Origin: Pristiophorus japonicus
Lineage: Eukaryota
DNA: 64,000 nucleotides
Assembly: GCF_044704955.1 (NCBI RefSeq)
Contig: NC_092000.1
Coordinates: 10,540,001-10,604,000, forward strand
Direction: 5' to 3'
The position numbers and the translations under genes were made by a program. The notes under the pieces were generated by a model. That model saw nothing but the letters and a program-made list of their open reading frames with translations. It was not told where the DNA came from and did no database searches. Each line of letters opens with the position of its first letter. Position 1 is the first letter of the stretch. Positions 52,601-64,000 of this stretch are shown in pieces.

Positions 52601-55600
52601 TACCCCAGTGTCCAATCCACTGCCCCTGTTACCCCAGTGTCTAATCCACTGCCCTGTTACCCCAGTGTCTAATCCACTGCCCCTGTTACCCCAGTGTCTA
52701 ATCAACTGCCCCTGTTACTCCAGTGTCTAATCCACTGCCCCAGTTATCCCAGTGTCTAATCCACTGCCCTTGTTATCCCAGTGTCTGATCCACTGCCCTG
52801 TTACCCCAGTGTCTAAACCACTGCCCCTGTTACTCCAGTGTCTAATCCACTGCCCCAGTTACCCCAGTGTCTAATCCAGTGCTCCTGTTACCCCAGTGTC
52901 GAATCCAGTGCTCCTGTTACCCCAGTGTCTAATCCACTGCCCCTGTTACCCCAGTGTCTAATCCACTGTCCCTGTTACCCCAGTGTCTAATCCACTACCC
53001 CTGTTACCCCAGTGTCTAATCCACGACCCTGTTACCCCAGCGTCTACCCCATTGCCCTGTTACACCAGCGTCTAATCCACTGCCCCTGTTACCCCAGTGT
53101 CTAATCCACTGCCCCTGTTACCCCAGTGTCTAACCAATGCCCCTGTTACCCCAGTGTCGAATCTACTGCCCCTGTTACCCCAGTGTCGAATCCACTGCCC
53201 CGTTACCCCAGTGTCTAATCCACTGCCCCTGTTACCCCAGTGTCTAATCCACTGCCCCTGTTACCCCAGTGTCTAATCCACTGCGCCTGTTACCCCAGTG
53301 TCTAATCCATTACCCCTGTTACCCCTGTGTCGAATCCACTGGCCCTGTTACCCCAGTATCTAATCCACTGCCCCTGTTACCCCAGTGTCTCGTCCACTGC
53401 CCCTGTTACCCCAGTGTCTAGTTCACTGCCCCTGTTACCCCAGTGTCTAATCCACTGTCCCTGTTACCCCAGTATCCAATCCACTGTCCCTGTTACCCCA
53501 GTATCCAGTCCACTGCCCCTGTTACCCCCAGTGTCTACCCCACTGCCCTGTTACCCCAGTGCCGACCACACTGCACTGTTTATCCCAATGTCTAATCCAC
53601 TGCCCCTGTTACCCCAGTGTCTAATCCACTGCCTTGTTACCCCAGTGTCTAATCCACTGCCCTGTTACCCCAGTGTCTAATCAACTGCCCCTGTTACTCC
53701 AGTGTCTAATCCACTGCCCCAGTTATCCCAGTGTCTAATCCACTGCCCTTGTTATCCCAGTGTCTGATCCACTGCACTGTTACCCCAGTGTCTAAACCAC
53801 TGCCCCTGTTACTCCAGTGTCTAATCCACTGCCCCAGTTACCCCAGTGTCTAATCCAGTGCTCCTGTTACCCCAGTGTCGAATCCAGTGCTCCTGTTACC
53901 CCAGTGTCTAATCCACTGCCCCTGTTACCCCAGTGTCTAATCCACTGCCCCTGTTACCCCGGTGTCTAATCCACTGCCCCTGTTACCCCAGTGTCTAATC
54001 CACGACCCTCTTACCCCAGCGTCTACCCCATTGCCCTGTTACCCCAGCGTCTAATCCACTGCCCCTGTTACCCCAGTGTCTAATCCACTGCCCCTGTTAC
54101 CCCAGTATGTAATCCACTGCCCCTGTTACCCCAGTGTCTAATCTACTGCCCCTGTTACCCCAGTGTCGAATCTACTGCCCCTGTTACCCCAGTGTCGAAT
54201 CCACTGCCCGTTACCCCAGTGTCTAATCCACTGCCCCTGTTACCCCAGTGTCTAATCCACTGCCCCTGTTACTCCAGTGTCTAATCCACTGCGCCTGTTA
54301 CCCCAGTGTCTAATCCATTGCCCCTGTTACCCCTGTGTCGAATCCACTGGCCCTGTTACCCCAGTATCTAATCCACTGCCCCTGTTACCCCAGTGTCTCG
54401 TCCACTGCCCCTGTTACCCCAGTGTCTAGTTCACTGCCCCTGATACCCCAGTGTCTAATCCACTGCCCTGGTACCCCAGTATCTAATCCACTGTCACAGT
54501 TACCCCAGTATCCAATCCACTGTCCCTGTTACCCCAGTATCCAATCCACTGCCCCTGTTACCCCCAGTGTCTACCCCACTGCCCTGTTACCCCAGTGCCG
54601 ACCACACTGCACTGTTTATCCCAATGTCTAATCCACTGCCCCTGTTACCCCAGTGTCCAATCCACTGCCTTGTTACCCCAGTGTCGAATCCATTGCCTTG
54701 TTACCCCTGTGTCTAATCCACTGCCCTGTTACCCCAGTGTCTAATCCACTGCCCATGTTACTCCAGCGTCTAATCCACTGCCCCTTTTACTCCAGTGTCT
54801 AATCCACTGCCCCTGTTACCCCAATGTCTAATCCACTACCCCTGTTACCCCAGTGTCTAATCCACTGCCCCTGTTACCCCAGTGTCTAATCCACTGCCCC
54901 TGTTATCCCAGTGTCTAATCCACTGCCCTGGTACCCCAGTATCCAATCCACTGCCCCTGTTACCCCCAGTTTCTACCCCACTGCCCTGTTACCCCAGTGC
55001 CGACCACACTGCACTGTTTATCCCAATGTCTAATCCACTGCCCTGTTACCCCAGTGTCCAATCCACTGCCCTGTTACCCCAGTGTCTGATCCACTGCCTT
55101 GTTACCCCAGTGTCTAATCCACTGCCCTGTTACCCCAGTGTCTAAAATACTGCCCCTGTTACCCCAGTGTCTAATCCACTGACCCTGTTGTCCCAGTGTC
55201 TAATCCACTGCCCCTGTTACCCCAGTGTCTAATCCACTGCCCCTGTTACCCCAGTGTCTAATCCACTGCCCCTGTTACCCCAGTGTCTTATCCACTGCCC
55301 CTGTTACCCCAGTGTCTTATCCACTGCCCCTGTTACCCCAGTGTCTAATCCACTGCCCCTGTTTCCCCAGTTTCTCATCCACTGCCCCTGTTACCCCAGT
55401 GTCTCATCCACTGCCCCTGTTACCCCAGTGTCTGATCCACTGCCCCTGTTACCCCAGTGTCTGATCCACTGCCCCTATTACCCCAGTGTCTGATCCATTG
55501 CCCCTGTTACCCCAGTGTCTGATCCACTGACCCTGTTACCCCAGTGTCCAATCCACTGTCCTGTTACCCCAGTGTCTGATCCACTGCCCCTATTACCCCA

Positions 55601-58600
55601 GTGTCTGATCCACTGCCCCTGTTACCCCAGTGTCTGATCCACTGCCCCTGTTACCCCAGTGTCTCATTCACTGCCCCTATTACCCCAGTGTCTTATCCAC
55701 TGCCCCTGTTACCCCAGTGTCTTATCCACTGCCCCTGTTACCCCAGTGTCTAATCCACTGCCCCTGTTACCCCAGTGTCTCATCCACTGCCCCTGTTACC
55801 CCAGTGTCTGATCCACTGCCCCTGTTACCCCAGTGTCTGATCCACTGCCCCTATTACCCCAGTGTCTGATCCATTGCCCCTGTTACCCCAGTGTCTGATC
55901 CACTGACCCTGTTACCCCAGTGTCCAATCCACTGTCCTGTTACCCCAGTGTCTGATCCACTGCCCGTTACTCCAATGTCTAATCCACTGCCCCTGTTACC
56001 CCAGTGTCTAATCCACTGCCCCTGTTCCCCCAGTGTCTAATCCACTGCCCCTGTTACCCCAGTGTCTTATCCATTGCCCCTGTTACCCCAGTGTCCAATC
56101 CACTGCCCCTGTTACCCCAGTGTCTAATCCACTGCCCTGTTACCCCAGTGTCTAATCCACTGCCCCTGTTACCCCAGTGTCTAATCCACTGCCCCTGTTA
56201 CCCCAGTGTCTAATCCACTGCCCCTATTACCCCAGTGTCTTATCCACTGCCCCTGTTACCCCAGTGTCTTATCCACTGCCCCTGTTACCCCAGTGTCTAA
56301 TCCACTGCCCCTGTTACCCCAGTTTCTCATCCACTGCCCCTGTTACCCCAGTGTCTCATCCACTGCCCCTATTACCCCAGTGTCTGATCCACTGCCCCTG
56401 TTACCCCAGTGTCTGATCCACTGCCCCTATTACTCCAGTGTCTGATCCACTGCCCCTGTTACCCCAGTGTCTGATCCAGTGCCCCTGTTACCCCAGTGTC
56501 CAATCCACCGTCCTGTTACCCCAGTGTCCAATCCACTGCCCCTGTTACCCCAGTGTCCAATCCACTGCCCCTGTTACCCCAGTGTCTAATCCACTGCCTT
56601 GTTACCCCAGTGTCTAATCCACTGCCCTGTTACCCCAGTGTCTAACCCACTGCCCCTGTTACCCCAGTGTCTAATCCACTGACCCTGTTGTCTCAGTGTC
56701 TAATCCACTTCCCCAGTTACCCCAGTGTCTAATCCATTGACCCGTTACCCCAGTGTCTCGTCCACTGCCCCTGTTACCCCCAGTGTCTACCCCACTGCCC
56801 TGTTACCCCAGTGCCAACCACACTGCACTGTTTATCCCAATGTCTAATCCACTGCCCTGTTACCCCAGTGTCTACCCCACTGCCCTGTTACCCCAGTGCC
56901 AACCACACTGCACTGTTTATCCCAATGTCTAATCCACTGCCCTGTTACCCCAGTGTCTAATCCACTGCCCCTGTTACCCCAGTGTCCAATCCACAGCCCT
57001 GTTACCCCAGTGTCTAATCCACTGCCTTGTTACTCCAGTGTCTAATCCACTGCTCCTGTTACTCCAGTGTCTAATCCACTGCCCCTGTTACCCCAGTGTC
57101 TAATCCACTACCCCTGTTACCCCAGTGTCTAATCCACTGCCCCTGTTATCCCAGTGTCTAATACACTGCCCCTGTTACCCCAGTGTCTAATCCACTGCCC
57201 CTGTTATCCCAGTGTCTAATACACTGCCCCAATTACCCCAGTGTCTAATCCACTGCCCCTGTTACCCCAGTGTCTAATCCACTGCCCCTGTTACCCCAGT
57301 ATCTAATCTACTGCCCCTGTTACCCGACTCTCTTATCCACTGCCCCTGTTACCCCAGTGTCTAATCCACTGCCCCTGTTACCGCAGTGTCTAATCCACTG
57401 CCCCTGTTACCCCAGTGTCTAATCCACTGCCCCTGTTATCCCAGTGTCTAATCCACTGCCCTGGTACCCCAGTGTCTAATCCACTGCCCCTGTTACCCCA
57501 GTGTCTCATCCACTGCCCCTGTTACCCCAGTGTCTAATCCACTGCCCCTGTTACCCCAGTGTCTAATCCACTGCCCCTGTTACCCCAGTGTCTAATCCAC
57601 TGCCCCTGTTACCCCAGTGTCTAATCCACTGCCCCTGTTACCGCAGTGTCTAATCCACTGCCCCTGTTACTACAGTTTCTAATCCACTGCCCTGGTTACC
57701 CCAGTGTCTAATTCACTGCCCCTGTTACCCCAGTGTCTAATCCACTGCCCCTGTTATCCCAGTGTCTAATCCACTGACCCTGTTACCCCAGTGTCTAATC
57801 CACTGCCCTATAACCCCAGTGTCTAATCCACTGCCCTATAACCCCAGTGTCTACCCCATTGCCCTGTTACCCCAGCATCTAATTCACTGGCCCTGTTACC
57901 CCAGTGTCAATTCCACTGCCCCTGTTACCCCAGTGTCTAATCCACTGCCCCTGTTACCCCAGTGTCCAATCCACTGCCCCTGTTACCCCAGTGTCTAATC
58001 CACTGCCCCTGTTACCCCAGTTTCTCATCCACTGCCCCTGTTACCCCAGTGTCTCATCCACTGCCCCTATTACCCGAGTGTCTGATCCACTGCCCCTGTT
58101 ACCCCAGTGTCTGATCCACTGCCCCTATTACCCCAGTGTCTGATCCACTGCCCCTGTTACCCCAGTGTCTGATCCACTGCCCCTGTTACCCCAGTGTCTC
58201 ATTCACTGCCCCTATTACCCCAGTGTCTTATCCACTGCCCCTGTTACCCCAGTGTCTTATCCACTGCCCCTGTTACCCCAGTGTCTTATCCACTGCCCCT
58301 GTTACCCCAGTGTCTAATCCACTGCCCCTGTTACCCCAGTGTCTCATCCACTGCCCCTGTTACCCCAGTGTCTCATCCACTGCCCCTGTTACCCCAGTGT
58401 CTGATCCACTGCCCCTGTTACCCCAGTGTCTGATCCACTGCCCCTATTACCCCAGTGTCTGATCCATTGCCCCTGTTACCCCAGTGTCTGATCCACTGTC
58501 CTGTTACCCCAGTGTCTGATCCACTGCCCGTTACTCCAATGTCTAATCCACTGCCCCTGTTACCCCAGTGTCTAATCCACTGTCCCTGTTACCCCAGTGT

Positions 58601-61600
58601 CTAATCCACTGCCCCTGTTACCCCAGTGTCTTATCCACTGCCCCTGTTACCCCAGTGTCCAATCCACTGCCCCTGTTACCCCAGTGTCTAATCCACTGCC
58701 CTGTTACCCCAGTGTCTAATCCACTGCCCCTGTTACCCCAGTGTCTAATCCACTGCCCCTGTTACCCCAGTGTCTAATCCACTGCCCCTATTACCCCAGT
58801 GTCTTATCCACTGCCCCTGTTACCCCAGTGTCTAATCCACTGCCCCTGTTACCCCAGTTTCTCATTCACTGCCCCTGTTACCCCAGTGTCTCATCCACTG
58901 CCCCTATTACCCCAGTGTCTGATCCACTGCCCCTGTTACCCCAGTGTCTGATCCACTGCCCCTATTACTCCAGTGTCTGATCCTCTGCCCCTGTTACCCC
59001 AGTGTCTGATCCAGTGCCCCTGTTACCCCAGTGTCCAATCCACCGTCCTGTTACCCCAGTGGCTAATCCACTGCCCCTGTTACCCCAGTGTCCAATCCAC
59101 TGCCCCTGTTACCCCAGTGTCTAATCCACTGCCTTGTTACCCCAGTGTCTAATCCACTGCCCTGTTACCCCAGAGTCTAACCCACTGCCCCTGTTACCCC
59201 AGTGTCTAATCCACTGACCCTGTTGTCTCAGTGTCTAATCCACTGCCCCAGTTACCCCAGTGTCTAATCCATTGACCCGTTACCCCAGTGTCTCGTCCAC
59301 TGCCCCTGTTACCCCCAGTGTCTACCCCACTGCCCTGTTACCCCAGTGCCAACCACACTGCACTGTTTATCCCAATGTCTAATCCACTGCCCTGTTACCC
59401 CAGTGTCTAATCCACTGCCCCTGTTACCCCAGTGTCCAATCCACAGCCCTGTTACCCCAGTGTCTAATCCACTGCCTTGTTACTCCAGTGTCTAATCCAC
59501 TGCTCCTGTTACTCCAGTGTCTAATCCACTGCCCCTGTTACCCCAGTGTCTAATCCACTACCCCTGTTACCCCAGTGTCTAAAATACTGCCCCTGTTACC
59601 CCAGTGTCTAATCCACTGCCCTTGTTACCCCAGTGTCTGATCCACTGCCCGTTACTCCAGTGTCCAATCCACTGTCCTGTTACCCCAGTGTCTAATTCCA
59701 CTGCCCCTGTTACCCCAGTGTCTAGTCCACTGCACCTATTACCCTAGTGCCTAATCCACTGCCCCTGTTACCCCAGTGTCTAATCCACTGCCCCTGTTAC
59801 CCCAGTGTCTAATCCACTGCCCCTGTTACCCCAGTGTCTAATCCACAGCCCCTGTTATCCCAGTGTCTAATACACTGCCCCTGTTACCCCAGTGTCTAAT
59901 CCACTGCCCCTGTTACCCCAGTGTCTAATCCACTGCCCCTGTTACCCCAGTATCTAATCTACTGCCCCTGTTACCCGACTCTCTTATCCACTGCCCCTGT
60001 TACCCCAGTGTCTAATCCACTGCCCCTCTTACCGCAGTGTCTAATCCACTGCCCCTGTTACTACAGTTTCTAATTCACTGCCCCTGTTACCCCAGTGTCT
60101 AATTCACTGCCCCTGTTACCCCAGTGTCTAATCCACAGCCCCTGTTACCCCAGTGTCTAATCCACTGCCCCTGTTACCCCAGTGTCTAATCCACTGCCCC
60201 TGTTACCCCAGTGTCTAATCCACTGCCCCTGTTACCCCAGTGTCTAATCCACTGCCCCTGTTACCCCAGTATCTAATCTACTGCCCCTGTTACCCGACTC
60301 TCTTATCCACTGCCCCTGTTACCCCAGTGTCTAATCCACTGCCCCTCTTACCGCAGTGTCTAATCCACTGCCCCTGTTACTACAGTTTCTAATTCACTGC
60401 CCCTGTTACCCCAGTGTCTAATTCACTGCCCCTGTTACCCCAGTGTCTAATCCACTGCCCCTGTTACCCCAGTGTCTAATCCACTGCCCCTGTTACCCCA
60501 GTGTCTCATCCACTGCCCCTGTTACCCCAGTGTCTGATCCACTGCCCCTGTTACACCAGTGTCTGATCCACTGCCCCTATTACCCCAGTGTCTGATCCAT
60601 TGCCCCTGTTACCCCAGTGTCTGATCCACTGCCCCTGTTACCCCAGTGTCCAATCCACTGTCCTGTTACCCCAGTGTCTGATCCACTGCCCGTTACTCCA
60701 ATGTCTAATCCACTGCCCCTGTTACCCCAGTGTCTAATCCACTGCCCCTGTTACCCCAGTGTCCAATCCACTGTCCTGTTACCCCAGTGTCTGATCCACT
60801 GCCCGTTACTCCAATGTCTAATCCACTGCCCCTATTACCCCAGTGTCTAATCCACTGCCCCTGTTACCCCAGTGTCTAATCCACTGCCCCGGTTACCCCA
60901 GTGTTTAATCCACTGCCCCTGTTACTCCAGTGTCTGATCCACTGCCCCTATTACCCCAGTGTCTGATCCACTGCCCCTGTTACCCCAGTGTCTAATCCAC
61001 TGCCCCTGTTACCGCAGTGTCTAATCCACTGCCCCTGTTACTACAGTTTCTAATCCACTGCCCTGGTTACCCCAGTGTCTAATTCACTGCCCCTGTTACC
61101 CCAGTGTCTAATCCACTGCCCCTGTTATCCCAGTGTCTAATCCACTGACCCTGTTACCCCAGTGTCTAATCCACTGCCCTATAACCCCAGTGTCTAATCC
61201 ACTGCCCTATAACCCCAGTGTCTACCCCATTGCCCTGTTACCCCAGCATCTAATTCACTGGCCCTGTTACCCCAGTGTCAATTCCACTGCCCCTGTTACC
61301 CCAGTGTCTAATCCACTGCCCCTGTTACCCCAGTGTCTAATCCACTGCCCCTGTTACCCCAGTGTCCAATCCACTGTCCTGTTACCCCAGTGTCTAATCC
61401 ACTGCCCCTGTTACCCCAGTTTCTCATCCACTGCCCCTGTTACCCCAGTGTCTCATCCACTGCCCCTATTACCCGAGTGTCTGATCCACTGCCCCTGTTA
61501 CCCCAGTGTCTGATCCACTGCCCCTATTACCCCAGTGTCTGATCCACTGCCCCTGTTACCCCAGTGTCTGATCCACTGCCCCTGTTACCCCAGTGTCTCA

Positions 61601-64000
61601 TTCACTGCCCCTATTACCCCAGTGTCTTATCCACTGCCCCTGTTACCCCAGTGTCTTATCCACTGCCCCTGTTACCCCAGTGTCTTATCCACTGCCCCTG
61701 TTACCCCAGTGTCTAATCCACTGCCCCTGTTACCCCAGTGTCTCATCCACTGCCCCTGTTACCCCAGTGTCTCATCCACTGCCCCTGTTACCCCAGTGTC
61801 TGATCCACTGCCCCTGTTACCCCAGTGTCTGATCCACTGCCCCTATTACCCCAGTGTCTGATCCATTGCCCCTGTTACCCCAGTGTCTGATCCACTGTCC
61901 TGTTACCCCAGTGTCTGATCCACTGCCCGTTACTCCAATGTCTAATCCACTGCCCCTGTTACCCCAGTGTCTAATCCACTGTCCCTGTTACCCCAGTGTC
62001 TAATCCACTGCCCCTGTTACCCCAGTGTCTTATCCACTGCCCCTGTTACCCCAGTGTCCAATCCACTGCCCCTGTTACCCCAGTGTCTAATCCACTGCCC
62101 TGTTACCCCAGTGTCTAATCCACTGCCCCTGTTACCCCAGTGTCTAATCCACTGCCCCTGTTACCCCAGTGTCTAATCCACTGCCCCTATTACCCCAGTG
62201 TCTTATCCACTGCCCCTGTTACCCCAGTGTCTTATCCACTGCCCCTGTTACCCCAGTGTCTAATCCACTGCCCCTGTTACCCCAGTTTCTCATCCACTGC
62301 CCCTGTTACCCCAGTGTCTCATCCACTGCCCCTATTACCCCAGTGTCTGATCCACTGCCCCTGTTATCCCAGTGTCTGATCCACTGCCCCTATTACTCCA
62401 GTGTCTGATCCTCTGCCCCTGTTACCCCAGTGTCTGATCCAGTGCCCCTGTTACCCCAGTGTCCAATCCACCGTCCTGTTACCCCAGTGGCTAATCCACT
62501 GCCCCTGTTACCCCAGTGTCCAATCCACTGCCCCTGTTACCCCAGTGTCTAATCCACTGCCTTGTTACCCCAGTGTCTAATCCACTGCCCTGTTACCCCA
62601 GTGTCTAACCCACTGCCCCTGTTACCCCAGTGTCTAATCCACTGACCCTGTTGTCTCAGTGTCTAATCCACTGCCCCAGTTACCCCAGTGTCTAATCCAT
62701 TGACCCGTTACCCCAGTGTCTCGTCCACTGCCCCTGTTACCCCCAGTGTCTACCCCACTGCCCTGTTACCCCAGTGCCAACCACACTGCACTGTTTATCC
62801 CAATGTCTAATCCACTGCCCTGTTACCCCAGTGTCTAATCCACTGCACCTGTTACCCCAGTGTCCAATCCACAGCCCTGTTACCCCAGTGTCTAATCCAC
62901 TGCCTTGTTACTCCAGTGTCTAATCCACTGCTCCTGTTACTCCAGTGTCTAATCCACTGCCCCTGTTACCCCAGTGTCTAATCCACTACCCCTGTTACCC
63001 CAGTGTCTAAAATACTGCCCCTGTTACCCCAGTGTCTAATCCACTGCCCTTGTTACCCCAGTGTCTGATCCACTGCCCGTTACTCCAGTGTCCAATCCAC
63101 TGTCCTGTTACCCCAGTGTCTAATTCCACTGCCCCTGTTACCCCAGTGTCTAGTCCACTGCACCTATTACCCTAGTGCCTAATCCACTGCCCCTGTTACC
63201 CCAGTGTCTAATCCACTGCCCCTGTTACCCCAGTGTCTAATCCACTGCCCCTGTTACCCCAGTGTCTAATCCACAGCCCCTGTTATCCCAGTGTCTAATA
63301 CACTGCCCCTGTTACCCCAGTGTCTAATCCACTGCCCCTGTTATCCCAGTGTCTAATACACTGCCCCAATTACCCCAGTGTCTAATCCACTGCCCCTGTT
63401 ACCCCAGTGTCTAATCCACTGCCCCTGTTACCCCAGTATCTAATCTACTGCCCCTGTTACCCGACTCTCTTATCCACTGCCCCTGTTACCCCAGTGTCTA
63501 ATCCACTGCCCCTCTTACCGCAGTGCCTAATCCACTGCCCCTGTTACTACAGTTTCTAATTCACTGCCCCTGTTACCCCAGTGTCTAATTCACTGCCCCT
63601 GTTACCCCAGTGTCTAATCCACTGCCCCTGTTACCCCAGTGTCTAATCCACTGCCCCTGTTACCCCAGTGTCTCATCCACTGCCCCTGTTACCCCAGTGT
63701 CTGATCCACTGCCCCTGTTACACCAGTGTCTGATCCACTGCCCCTATTACCCCAGTGTCTGATCCATTGCCCCTGTTACCCCAGTGTCTGATCCACTGCC
63801 CCTGTTACCCCAGTGTCCAATCCACTGTCCTGTTACCCCAGTGTCTGATCCACTGCCCGTTACTCCAATGTCTAATCCACTGCCCCTGTTACCCCAGTGT
63901 CTAATCCACTGCCCCTGTTACCCCAGTGTCTAATCCACTGCCCCTGTTACCCCAGTGTCTAATCCACAGCCCCTGTTATCCCAGTGTCTAATACACTGCC
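43700..64000. repeat. Giant intronic 29-bp (28-30 bp variants) satellite CCACTGCCCCTGTTACCCCAGTGTCTAAT, >20 kb, runs off the window
   Basis: Continuous tandem units (about 700 by length/29); no exon or transposon seen inside. Confidence 0.99.

Noticed and set aside
43827-62408. Many Pro/Cys-rich ORFs (MSNPLPLLPQCLIHCPCYPSV)
   Set aside because: Translations of the 29-bp satellite, mostly with non-ATG starts; the unit length is not a multiple of 3.

Overview
Eukaryotic genomic DNA. The repeat content (CR1 LINEs, Deu-domain SINEs, a Penelope-type palindrome) suggests a cartilaginous fish. The window holds the 5' part of a + strand SMARCA4 (BRG1) gene: 17 coding exons (exons 2-18 in human numbering, 2586 nt, about 862 codons) from the ATG at 149 into the SNF2 ATPase domain, all with GT-AG junctions and a continuous frame. 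The introns are dense with CR1/L2 LINEs, SINEs, hAT-type MITEs and minisatellites. The last ~20 kb is one 29-bp satellite array with higher-order duplications. The most unusual signal is a Tx1-clade non-LTR retrotransposon: all six copies found lie inside three copies of a ~275-bp TGTAAT...ATTACA LTR-like element. Five sit at the same ~14-bp target (CAACAGCTCTACAA), four of them stacked head-to-tail at 5.2-7.5 kb. All family assignments come from manual motif recognition, not database searches.
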